In this document: in pieces, positions 1-13,499 of the stretch | How positions within the stretch are numbered: the stretch's first letter is position 1 | How the letters are laid out: every line of letters begins with the position of its first letter | Assembly: GCF_006345805.1 (NCBI RefSeq) | Contig: NC_043005.1 | Coordinates: forward strand, 85,994,001 to 86,058,000 | DNA length: 64,000 nt | Direction of reading: 5' to 3' | From: Octopus sinensis | Lineage: Eukaryota | The notes under the pieces: model-generated | The model's input: only the letters and a program-made list of their open reading frames with translations | Told to the model about the DNA's origin: nothing | The model's database searches: none | Translations under genes and position numbers: made by a program

Positions 1-1713
1 TGAAGATTTTGATTGAGATCAGTTTAACTCTTTTGTTGAACCACTTTATTTTTTTTCAATTAATTTTTAAAAAAGAATGAAGATTTTATGGAAATAACTT
101 TGTCAGTATCAAACGGGTGACTCGAAAATAAATTAGCATGAAATAATGATGAAAGCTCTTAATTTAATCACTTTAAACAAAAAAAAAAATATATCATAGA
201 TCCAAGGACACTTTATCGAGGTAGATATCAAAAAGGTTAAATTATTCGCCTCCACTGTAAATTGATATAACATAAATTAATATAGTTCAGAAAAGATGCC
301 CACATGATCGTTTGCGCCCACACACATAATTATATCGAATAAAATAAGCACCTTTTCTTTTGAATTGAAATTTGAAATACCGTCACGAAATTTGGAATCT
401 TGATAATGCTGGAATCCAAAAGCGATGCGATTAATAAAATATAGCTTTTATTATATTTTTTCAAAAATCCTTGTCAAAAACTGAAAGAAGTACTGGAACA
501 ATTTCAATAAGCGACGAACAGATATATCGTGTGCTTTAGTCGTGGCTCAAAGCATATGTGATAATAAGTTCATTTTGTTGTATCAGGAGCAACTATGCTT
601 TCAGAATTTCTATTTTGCTGACTACCAAAGGGTAGAAAAGTAAGTGATTAAGAACTCTTCTTTAACCGGAATGAAATCAATGTAAAAACTTATCCAATAA
701 TTTGCAAGATATTTTAGATAATACAGCTTCCGTAGTTCTCGCTTAATTTTTCCAAAAGTATGACTGTAATTTTTACAAAGGTACAACAGTAATAATACTG
801 AATTTCTTTCAGGAATAATCATTTTCTTCCTTTATTTCATTTTGTTTGAAAATGAATAAGAATTGCCACCAATGTTTTTTAAAATTATTCTCCCTGCAAA
901 TTTAAGCGAGATTTCAAGAATTAAAGATTTAAGAATTTAGGCAAGGTATTCTATGCATTCCTGTTCTCTTAATTATCCATTTTCATGCCATTTATTTTCC
1001 TCGAATTATTTCTATCGACTCCTACGAGTGCTACTGGCAACATATAATCCAATGCAACCTGTTGCATGCTCGGGTAGTCGGCAACTTTGTTTGATGTATA
1101 CGTTGATTTAGACACCCTGCGGATTGAAAAACAAGACAAGTCAAAGGGTGGAAGAACTCTTAAGAGTCAACGGTCATCCAACAGTGTGTATGCCGATGAA
1201 TTAATCTCAATGACGAAAATTGTCCGAGCCAGGGTCACGGTGATATGAGGAGCAGCATGGTGAATGTGAATTTGGGTACTTTGATCTTCATTTCGCAAAA
1301 ACTACACGGTACAGTCTGGGCGGAAAAACTTCTTCAGCCAATGGTCTGTCCAATATCAACCAATCCAGTTAGCGTATTACTACCATTTGATAGCACTGAC
1401 TGTGCATCAACTCACTTTACTGACTTGGAAACACTATGGAGTTCTGGAATCACATAGTGTCACCTACCTGAGTTAGATGACGAGTAAAAATCTTACTTTT
1501 AAGAGTTAATAATCGAGGCACTAATCTACTGATCTAGTAGGTTGTCATAAATACGTTCATTTCTAAAGTTATTTGAATTAAATCGAAAAATATTTCTATC
1601 GTGGTGTTTTATGGTGTTTTGTTTCTCTATTCTTCCTCTACAACATTTGCCGGTCGGTTTTGAAATTTGAATAGATTTAACCTCCTTTCATACATACGGG
1701 GATATAATGCAAC

Positions 1714-1965
1714 CTTCTTCAACACGACAATGCTCGCCCTCGCATTGCTAATTTGGCCAGAACTGTTCGGTTGTGAAGTGCTATTGCACGAACATATGCG
1801 CCTGATATAATGCCTTCAGATTATTACATAGTTCGATCGCTCTCCAATAGTGTACGAGACGTTTAGTTCAATAATGACGTAGAACTGTAAACACGGTTCG
1901 ATGAGTCTTTCAAGTTAAGACCGGTGGTTTGTAATGGCAGAGTATTGACAACTTGGGGAGAGATA
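1714..1965 (+). mobile_element. mariner transposase relic (catalytic C-terminal part)
   Basis: Translates with stops and frameshifts to LLQHDNARP, then FGCEVLL and APDIMPSDYYIVRSL in shifted frames, matching the mariner HDNARPH and YSPDLAPSDYHLF motifs. Confidence 0.75.
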
Positions 1966-4725
1966 AAAAGGAGTCGGGAACAATGACGAATAATAAATTA
2001 CTAATTGATTTGTTAAAACTGTTGATGAAAAATGGGAAAAAAAACTATGAATTTTATCTGACAATCCAATATATTCTGGAGTAAACTGTAAAACGCTGAC
2101 GAAGCAAGTTATACCGAAACATTTATTGATAGATGTCTCTTGCCTGCAAACAAAAATCGAACTCTCCTTTCGCTAAACCTTTAAAAATGTCGGCTTTAGA
2201 CTTTCTGATGTTACAAATATATAGCCACTTTCTGGCTATTCCTGTATCAAGCAAAACGCATTATTTATGAGTAAACAAGGGGTATTTGTTCACTTCATGT
2301 GGGTTTTATTATTTAGATGTCATAAATCTAATGAACCTGCAAGCGTTTGTAATTATTATTAATATCTCAAAGCAAGTGCATGTTCAGCTCAGCATTTCAT
2401 CTTGCTGGGAAGCCACAACATATCTGGAAATGAATAACGCTTGTTATTTCTCTGTAGAAAACTAACATTATGTATTAGGCAGCGTGTCAGTTAATATTTA
2501 TGCTGTGGATATTCAGCCTCAGTGGAATCCATTAGCCTGGTAATGGATATAAGCTTAATGATTGCTATCTTTCTCTTTGTTTCATTCTATAATAACTGGT
2601 GTACATTACTTAGAGTCACTCCCAGCATTACTGATTTATCTGGGCTTTTGTTTGATCAATAAGCTTCCGAGGCCATAAAAACTGGATGACTTTTCTAGTC
2701 TCCATACACACAAAAAACACAGACATACGCACACACGTATATGACTCTGTATGTATACATATATATATATATGGGGTGTGTGTGTGTGTGTGTGTGTGAG
2801 TGTCCATATATAAATGTATGAATTCTTTAGAGCATAATACATCTGGCATTCAAATAGGATGAGAATAATTTGTCAAACATCATAATTTGTTTTTTGACTA
2901 GTTTCCAGCTTTCTACACAAAACAACACCAGTGGAATTATGAGCAGCATGTTATAGTAATAAGCCTCCTGATATTTTATATTCTTATCGTGATTGAGCCA
3001 GTCAAATCGAGGTGGACCACTATATGACATTTTGACTCTTAATACATTTCTGTTATGCATTAAGGCGGAGAGTCAACAGAATTGTTAAAACGTGGAGCAA
3101 GCGATAGAGTGACATTTCTTAAGATATTTTATATCATGCGTTCTTATTCTGCCAAGTCAAGTTTGACCTCCTTACTTTCTTGATCGATAAAATAGAATAT
3201 CAGACTAGTATTGAGTTCGATATAATTTGATACACACAAACACAAATATATATATATATATATGATATATAAATTGACTTAAGATTTGAGGTATAGTAGT
3301 GGGGGTCGGAAATTTCTATGGTCGTGTACATTCTCTGATTCATCAAATACTCTGCCAGGTCTCAATGCTCAGCTTCGTGCCTTTGGTCTCCCTATTAACT
3401 TGGTATTTTCTTTAGAAGCAGAAATAGGATATGCCTTAGTACTTACCAATCCATAAACCGTAAGGCAATTTGAGAAAGCCAGTTGTTGGTGCTCTACGTC
3501 TTGAGACAAGATGTAATTTGAAATTCTTAGTTTTGAGGTGTTTACAAGGAAACTGGTTTTCAGGATGATTCGTGCAGAAGATTATATACCAGTCACCACA
3601 TGTGTTGTTTATCAGGGAATCTATCTTTTTCAAGGCTAAGAAAATGATGCAATGAATTTTGAATTGAGAATAATTAAAGAACTTGACGGTGGTGGAGCAT
3701 CTGGTGAGTGTAAAGGTCTGAATATGTTGAAAATATGTAGTCGAAACACTTTCATCAGCTATACAAGATGACAGTCATTAATAGCTAGGAGTGTAAAGGA
3801 GCGTCCTGTGTCACACCCGTGGAGCTGAATAACACTTCTAGAGACTGCACGGCTGAACTCAAGAAAGAATGGAGGTGGTACTTGAAAACATGGCGTAAAA
3901 ATCATCCACACATTTCCTTAACAAAAAGCAGAGCGTGTCAGAATATATACGGTCCATGTGGAAAATATAAATAGCTGCTAGAGATACATATGTTGCTACT
4001 TAACGTTTGTATCTCAGTACAGATATGGCTGCTCTAAACAAAACCAGCTACTTAGAGAGCACTTTTAATGAGACTGCTGAGGGCTATACGTTTCACAAAG
4101 ACGTTTGCTCCACAGAAGAGCCTTACCAAGGCGTCAAGGTCTTTGTTGGGAAAACAAACAGTTGTCCGTTCTTTGAACATACTGAAACATCGGTGGACAT
4201 TAATAGGTGATTTCTGCCGACAAGTAGTATTCATATAAGACAACATTGTGTCACACCAAAGAGTGATTGTGAATCAACCCTGCCACAGGGGAATCGATAC
4301 AGAAACCAGTCTTACCAGGCATTAGGTTAAGCTGTAACGGAGCTTCCTCATTCAGGTACGCTGATTTTAATGCAAATATGAAGAAATAATAATGATAAAT
4401 AAAACCGGCGTCGAATAACCGAGAGGTGATAGGGTTGGGAAACTGAGAGTAATGGCTGGTAACTTATATAGTGTGTGTTGTATACAAAACCATCACTGGC
4501 GAAAGCATTATTCATCTTTATACGAGACAGGCTGTCATAGAAACAGTCTAGACACAAAATCTGACACCATATTGACTTCATCATTTCCAGGAAAATGGAT
4601 TTCAATGACCCTCTGCGTCTTTGAAAGATAAAGAAAAAAGTTTTGAGATGGTCAGCATATGACATAACAAATCACTTTTTCATTATAGCAGCGCTAATTA
4701 GCCCCACACTCCCAGTTGAGATATC

Positions 4726-4920
4726 ATAGCGCTAGATACTACGGCGCCAGATGCCACAGTGCCAGATGCCACAGCGCCAGATTCCACAGCGTTAGATGCC
4801 ACTGCACCAACTTTCACAGCGCTAGATGCCACAGCGTCAGATTCCCCAGCACCAGATGTCACAGCGCCAGATGACACAGCATCAGACGCCACTACTGGCA
4901 TATGGCACTGTGGCATCTGG
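4726..4920. repeat. 15-bp minisatellite (~11 units, consensus acagcgccagatgcc) plus one inverted unit
   Basis: Units are in register without indels over 4726-4893; inverted unit ggcactgtggcatctgg at 4904-4920. Confidence 0.85.
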
Positions 4921-5484
4921 ACGACGATTCAATACAACCGCTCTCACGCATCCTTATCCTTTGAAAATCCAGAAACCGTATATTTCTTGGATAATTTCTT
5001 CCGGCGCCGGTTAGTCTGTCCCTTACGTTCGAAAGTAAGGCCTCACTTTCGAATGGAGTTCAAAATTATGGCAGAAAATGACACTCATTATAAGACGCAG
5101 AAGTGAAAGTATATGTGGAAGGCAGGAAAAATAAAAGTTATCCTCCTCAAACGTTAATTTACATTATTCTTGTCCAAGCGACTGAAAATGAACGTGAACG
5201 ATTGAGATCCTGTGATTTAAAAGTTTCACAAATGAAGTTGACGATCGTCGAAATTATCAAGGCGATCATAAGGCAGGAAGCAAAAGGATACATGTACACG
5301 CACATACTTATAAACATACACGTACATGTACGCATATTCAAGCACATACATATATGCAGAAACAAACACGTACATGTATCCACTCGCACAGACACCCGCA
5401 CCACACGCACACATTCGCATACATCCAAACAGAGGCATCGATATACGCTTATGAATACACCTATACGCATGCCAACTATTCTTT

Positions 5485-5490
5485 CCCTAC

Positions 5491-5571
<81 letters not shown>

Positions 5572-5750
5572 CATGCATATATATATATATACATATACAC
5601 ACACATATATATATATATACATATATATATATGTATGTACATATATACATGCATATATATACATATATATATAAAGTATATATACATATATGTGTATGTA
5701 TGTATATGTGTATGTATATATATATATATATATATATGTACATGCATGCA
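5485..5750. repeat. compound (TA)n/(CA)n microsatellite
   Basis: Direct inspection. Confidence 0.95.
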
Positions 5751-6489
5751 CACATCGCCATCTATCTATAAATTATTATTTATATTAGTATAATTATTGT
5801 TGGTCTATCCGTCATACATATATCATACACATATCGATTTTTGTAATTGATATTTAAAATTTTCTTAGCCTCTATAATATGCATGTGTGTGTATGAATAT
5901 ATATACATACACACAGACACAAACGTACAGACACAGAGACCTACACACATACAGACATACGCATACATATGTGTGTGTGTCCGTATACATGCATGTCTGT
6001 GTGTGCGTATGTATACGCATATACTGAAATAGCTGTAAACTCCAAGCCACACGATTTCCAGCTTAACACCCATATGCAAAACACATCTCGCAACACATCT
6101 CAGCTCACATGCACCTATGCATTCCTCTCTCTTAACTAGCTGTTACTCCTATCTGAAAGAGAGGAAAATTGCTACACCTTTGAAGTTCACTAGAATCATT
6201 AAATATCCATTTCCATAGCGCCGAGAAAAATATATCTGCTTCATCATCTTCCTATGGAAAAATGACGTAATAATTCTTTATAACGGATTCGAGAATCTTT
6301 CAGATAACTTCATTTTGACATTTACTTGGAATATAATTCTCTTTTATCTAAGAGAGCTGAATTAAGTGAATTGATTTAATTTCAATTCTTAAATCTTAAG
6401 AGGGAGGTAAGTTAAAAGACTTGTTAAAACATTGATTTAAATGCTTTTGCAGAACTTGGATCGATGCATTGAGAGCGTGAGATCAAATT

Positions 6490-6665
6490 TCAATGGTTCC
6501 TAAGACGACTTTCCCGATCTGCTTGACACCTTGGGCAAGCTTTTTCTCATAAAATCTGAGGCTGACTAATATCTTGTGAGTAGATTTTGTAGATGGAAAC
6601 TGAAAGAAACCGGTTGCACATGCAAACGTACGTGTGTGTGTGAGTGTGTGTGTTTGTGCGCCTAT

Positions 6666-6701
<36 letters not shown>

Positions 6702-6915
6702 CTTTGAACCTGTCTTTGTGACACGTTACTGTTAGACAACCGGTGTAGTTGTGTTCACGTCACCGTAACATAGCGCGTCGACAAAAGGCACAGATAGAAT
6801 AAGTACGAGGAGTAGAGGGAAATAAGTATTGCGGTCGATTCGTTTGACTAAAAACCGTTGAAGGCAGTGCCCCAGCATGGTCGCAATTTAATGATTGACA
6901 CAAATAAAAGATGCA
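6490..6915 (+). mobile_element. SINE family B (tRNA head, CORE-like ccttgggcaag, internal microsatellite, conserved tail), degenerate
   Basis: caccttgggcaag...gatggaaactgaaagaa-(GT)n-gacaaccgg...gatagaataagtac...gtgccccagcatgg; the same modules occur in the other B copies. Confidence 0.7.
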
Positions 6916-7149
6916 AATAATAATGACCAGCATCCAAATAAGTCTAGAGAACAATACCAAGATCAACGTAAATAACAAGAAAGACTTACAAATAAGTTTT
7001 CTTTATGGAAAGGTTAAAAATAGGCAAGTATTTTATTTCTCCACCAAAATGACATTGTCCAGCGAATTACCATGACAAATCAAGAACAATGGCTTAGAAA
7101 CGGTAATTCTTGACTTTCCTACTGTGTTGGTGTTAAAGTCTGTCACTTT

Positions 7150-7488
7150 TTATCTCTTATTTGATTCAGCCATCAGACTGCAGCCATGCTGGGGCACCGC
7201 TTTAAAGAATTTCTTTTTAAGCCTTATACTCTGTCGGTTTCTTTTGCTGACCTGCTATATTACGGAGACGTAAACACACCAATGTCGGTTGCCAAGCTGT
7301 GTGGGGAGGAGAGGCAAAGATACAAACCTATATACATATAACATATATATTTATATACCAAATCTACTCACAAGGCATTGTGGTCGGCCCGAGGCTATAG
7401 TAGAAGGAACTTACCCAAGGTGCCACGCAGTAGGACTGAATCCAGAACCATGTGATTAGGAAACAAACCTCTTACCTTACGGTCATGC
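7150..7488 (-). mobile_element. SINE family B copy
   Basis: cagccatgctggggcaccgc ... ggtcggcccgaggctatagtagaag...cccaaggtgccacgcagtaggactgaatccagaaccatg. Confidence 0.85.
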
Positions 7489-7849
7489 TTGTTGTTGTTG
7501 TTGTCGTCGTCGTCCTTGTTGATGTTGCTTGATTGAAGTTCATCAATTATTGAAAAGGGAAAAAGTATGTTCATTATTTCTTAGAGTTTATTATCGTAAA
7601 CGAATATAAGTACAACAGCAACAACAAAAGAAGAACAATAACAATGATGATGACGACGACGACGACGACGACAGCGACGACAATGATGATGATGGTGATG
7701 ATGATGAAAAGGAAACAGGACTGCAATAAGAGTAACAACAACAATAATTATAATAATGACTTCTTTTATTAGCCACGAGTTCCCCAAAGAAGGACAGCAT
7801 AAAAAGACGACACACACACAAAACAGGTGGGGGTTAAATTTTAATGATA

Positions 7850-8032
7850 ATAATAATGAATATAATGATAATAATGATATTAATAATAATAATAATGATG
7901 ATGATAATGATGATAATGATAACAATAATGATAATGATAATAATCATGATGATGATGATGATGATAATAATAACAATAATAATCATGATAATAACAATAA
8001 TGATAATGATAATAATGATAATAATGATGATG

Positions 8033-8068
<36 letters not shown>

Positions 8069-8070
8069 TC

Positions 8071-8125
<55 letters not shown>

Positions 8126-8200
8126 TCAATAATAATAATAATGATGATGATGATGATGGTGGTGGTGATGATGATGACGATAGTGGTGGTAGTCATTATC
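7850..8200. repeat. (AAT)n/(GAT)n trinucleotide tract
   Basis: Direct inspection. Confidence 0.95.
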
Positions 8201-8249
8201 GTACCTCAGTTTATGAGAGTCAAATATTTGTCCAGAAACTCTAGCGGTA

Positions 8250-9362
8250 ACAGCGAAATTGCGGCTGGACTTGGAGAGAAGGCCTTTCACTCGGCAGTGA
8301 TTCAGTACAGATATGTGACTGACCACAGCTGTTATCCTAAGACACCAAAGAAAATATGATAGCGATGTAGTGCTACTTGGAGAGTAAACCTAAAAGGAGG
8401 GATTACAATAAACGGATGTCAACACTTCGAGTAAAGAATGATACGCTTGAAGTGAATAAGCAGGGACTAATGGATCAGACTAAATGTTATTAGAAAAAGG
8501 TGGACGACAGAATTGCAGGTGGAAAAGATCAAAAGAAAGATCAAGCAAGGAAATGTCAAACATATAATCCAAGACAATGAAGAGACTACAGAAAAAATTA
8601 TAATAGCACAACCGATTAAGAATGGAAAACTGACAGCAGCGATTTAAGCAACTTACGTGAGAAAGTTCAGAAGATTTTAGAGGAAGAAAGGATTAAAGAA
8701 ACAAGAAACAGATTTACAGCATGAGAAGGTGCCAATCGAAGAAAGATTCTAGATATGAATAGAAGAGACTTCTGCCATGAATGACCATGGGATTGCAACT
8801 AGGAAGTTACCCCGAGGCACAAGTCCGGGTAAGGTTGTTTATGGAAGACCAGCAGTCGCCCATGCATACCAGCCTCTCCTCTCCACACCACTGATGTTAT
8901 CCAAGGGAAAGGCAAAGAAGCTTGGCACCAGTGATGTCGCAGCTCATTTCTACAGCTGAGTGAACTGCAGCAATGTGAAATAAAGTTTCTTGCTCAAGAA
9001 TATAACACGCAGCCCGGTCCGGAATTCGAGCTTACAACCTCACGATCGTAAGCTTGATGCTCTAACCGATGATCCATGCGCCTTCACTTTGACTAAGTAG
9101 ATTCTGTTATCAGTAGGATAGACACTAAAAATAAAGATGACACTAACTTATTGTTCTTTGGATAGAGGAAATACGCATAAACCTAGTTTATTGCAGCTCC
9201 AGAAAACAGTATTGTTAGGCACTGCTAGGATACTTGGGAGGGTTCTTGGCCTCTAAGGTTACTTGTTGTAACCCGGTAGGAGGTTTCTACGCATGTAAGG
9301 CAACTTGTTGAAGCATGATGGTAAAAAATATTTCCTAGAGTCTAATCTGCTCTGTGTATTTG

Positions 9363-9365
<3 letters not shown>
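8250..9365 (+). mobile_element. internally deleted R4/Dong-type LINE relic, interrupted by a family C SINE
   Basis: The 3' part (9180-9260) reads SLLQLQKTVLLGTARILGRVLGL*, the typical C-terminus of this clade, followed by (AAT)n. The 5' part (8280-8750) resembles a decayed N-terminus (KPKRRDYNKRM...EVNKQGLMDQ) and is weaker. Confidence 0.55.
8776..9085 (-). mobile_element. SINE family C (tRNA head gaaggcgcatgg...; cttgagcaag...ttcactcagctgtagaaatgag)
   Basis: Clear homolog of 24316-24618; tRNA-like head with A/B-box-like segments. Confidence 0.85.
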
Positions 9366-9840
<475 letters not shown>

Positions 9841-10094
9841 CTTTAATTAGGATTTGGTGGAAGTAGAAAGGAAGGAATCTATGAAAAATTCTTCAAAATA
9901 ATTGTTTGTATCGTGGAAAGAATGAAACGAAGTGGAATTCATAAATATGATAAATAACACAAACTACTAAAGAAATATAATTAAGGAAGTCTCTTTCGCA
10001 TGATGAGTTCCTGTATTGGAGAATTCGGAACAGAAACCGCGTGCGACCTGGGGCTAGCCATATATACTTAAAGCAATAGCTTCTCATTATTTCT

Positions 10095-10295
10095 TCCCAC
10101 GCGATCATAAGTATCGTGAGTTCGATTCCCGGCGGCACGTTATGTCTTTCAGCATGATACTTTATTTCGCGTTGCCCAGTCCATTTATCTGGTTGCAATG
10201 AGCTGTACCAGTTATTCAAAGGGGCCAGCCTCGTCGCATTCTGTGTCACACTGAATCTCCCCGGGAACTACCTCAAGGGTACACGTGTCTGTCCA
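10095..10295 (+). mobile_element. SINE, family C-like head with an alternative tail
   Basis: gtgagttcgattcccgg B-box, atactttatttcgcgttg, tail ctcgtcgcattctgtgtcacactgaatctccc; homolog at 16510-16810. Confidence 0.65.
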
Positions 10296-10348
10296 ACAGA
10301 GTACATTACACACACATACACACACATATGTATATGTATATGTATATG

Positions 10349-10397
<49 letters not shown>

Positions 10398-10400
<3 letters not shown>

Positions 10401-10610
10401 ACTGAGAACGTGTGTCTGTCTGTCTGTGTGAACCCCTAAAACTTGAGAAAAACATAACCAATTTCAGTCAAATTTTACACATGCCTTACGTAGGGTACAT
10501 GGAGTGTCATGGACAAAGACATTTTAACTTCTTGCCTAGGGCGGGCCCACAGCAATGTCATATCTTCTCCACTATTTCAGTATTACGTGTTGAAAGTGAA
10601 ATAAAAACAT
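10398..10610 (+). mobile_element. candidate non-autonomous rolling-circle (Helitron/Helentron-like) element, 5' part
   Basis: aactgagaacgtgtgtctgtctgtctgtgtgaa head directly after (TA)n; the same head occurs at 24738-24780. Class assignment is by recall only. Confidence 0.35.
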
Positions 10611-10851
10611 CTCTCTGTTGAATGTATATGTACGTATATGTGTAAGTCTATGTTGTGTCTTTGTGTTTCTCCCTCATCACTGCTTCACAACTGGTGTTCG
10701 TTTATTCACATCCCCACAACTTACTGGTTTCACAAGAAGAAACTGATAGAATAAGTACCAGACTTATCAAAATATAAAAAAAGCACTACGCAGTGTCTCA
10801 GTTGTATCTATCAATTTATCTTTGTTTGTGTGTGTGAATGTGTGTGTGTAT

Positions 10852-10972
<121 letters not shown>

Positions 10973-11044
10973 TATATGGATTTCATAGAGAGGAACTGAA
11001 ACAAATCAATCGTATATATATGTATGTATATAAGTAAGTGTATG

Positions 11045-12010
11045 TGTTTTGGTATTGGCAACATGAATGACAATGGTCAGAGACTACTTAAATGTTGCAC
11101 ATACCATAACCCGTGCATCACCAACACATTCTTTGCCAACAAGACATCCCACAAGGCAGCTTGGAGACATCCAAGATCTCACCACTGGCATCAGCTGGAT
11201 CTCATCATTACAAGATCCTTTCTGAATTCTGTTCAACTGACCCTTAGTTACAACAGTGTGGATTGTGACATACATCATTCACTAATAAGAAGCAGGGTGA
11301 GGATTCTGCCTAAGAAAGTCCATCACTCCAAGAAAATGGGCCGACCACGCATTAACACTGCCAGAAGCCTGGACCCTACACTGCGAAAATGTTTTGCTGT
11401 TTCTATCCAGGTTGCTCTCAGTAGCTGCCCAACCTCCTCTGCTGAAAGTAGGTGGAATTATATCAGGGAAGCTTTGTATACCATATCAATAGATACTTTC
11501 GGCATGAGAGAAAGGCAAAACCCAGATTGGTTCGGTACTGGGCTCTCAGAGCTGGAAACAGTTATCGAAGCAAAGAGTGCAGCTCTGATGCAATACAAGA
11601 GGGATTCTTCTACGAAGTCACTCGAAGAACTCAGAAAGGCAAGAAATAAAACCCAGCTGACTGCCAGATGCTGTGCAAATAGGTATTGGCAGGAAATCTG
11701 TCAGAGTATCCAGTCAGCTGCTGACAGTGGCGACACCCGTGGGGTGTATGCCGGTTTGAAGAAGGCCCTCGGTCCATCCGCAACCAAGTCAGCCCCTCTG
11801 AAATCAAATACTGGAGATCTCATCAAGGACCAAAGCAAGCAAATGGATGGATAGTTGGGGCACTACCAGGATCTCTACTCACGGGAGACCACAGTAGATG
11901 AGGCTGCAATAGAGGGTATCAAGATCTTGCCAGTCATGTGTGATCTTGGCAGTCTGCCATCTATAGCAGAGCTCACCAAGGTTATTCACTCCCTAGCAAG
12001 TAACAAGGCA
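11045..12010 (+). mobile_element. RTE-clade LINE fragment (end of APE endonuclease to start of RT)
   Basis: GIGNMNDNGQRLL...ITNTFF...WRHPRSHHWHQLDLII...DCDIHHSLI; continues past the stop at 11854 to HSLASNKA. Confidence 0.9.
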
Positions 12011-12654
12011 AGTTACATATCAGTATAGTGGTCATTTGCAAACTCCAACTTTCATTTCTTAGCCCTTACGTCACACAGTTGTAATTGTTTATTTCATTTG
12101 GGTCACGCCCTTCCAATTGCTATAGATTTGTAATGAATCTTACGGCTGTGTCTGTCACCTGGATGGTGAGGAATCCTACATTTGGAGTGGTAACGACTAG
12201 GGTAGGGTAACTGACTGCTTATTGTGATCATTCGTCTTTTGATTTCCTGTAGCTTTGCTCTCTTTTACAAACCCAGTGAACATATATTTCCTATTTCAAA
12301 GAAATTCAAACAATAGATATAAGACACAAGTAAAAAAGATTCTCAACAATTCACCTTCTCTGGTTGACATTAAGATGCCCACCCCCAGCAGAGACCTTGA
12401 CTCTCACATGTTAGAGCTCAATGACCTTCATTTTTCAGGAGCAAAATCTTTTTAACAGGTTCAAATAAGACTGGAATTTTGGAATATGCGCATACAAATC
12501 AGTAGTATGGGATATATGTGGCACGATTACAATTTTTTTAGGATGTGTAAATAGGGAAATAAACGTCAACTGCAATTTTGATGAAATCCGAAACATAGAT
12601 ATTCCAGTTCATTAGAGAAAAATATAACAGAAACGTCTAATTCTTCAAATGTAT

Positions 12655-12685
12655 GTAACACGGGCAACGCCGGGTATCTCTGTTA

Positions 12686-12690
<5 letters not shown>
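12655..12690 (+). mobile_element. Helitron-like 3' terminus (cacgggcaacgccgggt...ttagt)
   Basis: GC-rich short hairpin-like motif followed by a CTAGT-like end abutting (TA)n; a related motif occurs inverted at 59297-59335. Confidence 0.4.
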
Positions 12691-12750
<60 letters not shown>

Positions 12751-13038
12751 TACATACATATATATGGTATGTGCTAGGAAACGTTGGGTCTGGTTTCTGT
12801 ATAGGTCCATGTGTTTTGACTATTTATCATGGATGTGGCAAAGTTTCATTAACACACTTTGCAATGCTGCACATTAACACGTGAGAAACTTCAGCAGGAG
12901 AAATCAACCCGAAAAAACGCTGCAACAAAAGTTACACTAAAAACTATTAGTTAAACTGTTACTGGATAAAAAAAAACACGACACACACACATACATACCC
13001 ATGAGAACGTACTTAAATAAACACAAATGCAGTTCTGA

Positions 13039-13081
<43 letters not shown>

Positions 13082-13426
13082 TATATACATGTATGTATGT
13101 ACGAATATATAAACATATATTTACATATATGTAAGTGCATTTCTGTATATTGATATATAACTTTATATATAAATATGTGTATATCTATGTGACTATGTAT
13201 GTGTGTATACATTCATATATGCATATATGTATATACTTCAAAAGAACTCTCCAGCATCTGTGTTTCCTTAACGAAGACATAATTAGCAGTAAGTACATCA
13301 CCTGCAATCGTAGAGACAAACACCAAGCCTAGAATATAATACGAAATTAATGGACAGAAATATCTAAGCTATGTATATAATATTTTTTTGACGAGTGTGC
13401 TTCATATTTAGTATTACTATGCCATG

Positions 13427-13484
<58 letters not shown>

Positions 13485-13499
13485 TATATACATACACTT

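Noticed and set aside
1245-1457. 70-aa ORF in complex sequence
   Set aside because: No recognisable motif on either strand; the other frames contain stops.
2860-3000. LVLFCVESWKL on the minus strand, resembling the RTE LLYGxESW motif
   Set aside because: A single weak motif, too decayed to call.
4007-4210. 67-aa ORF with a plausible acceptor (tctcag) and donor (ag|gtgatt), possible host exon
   Set aside because: No recognisable protein similarity and no partner exons, so it cannot be supported without RNA data.
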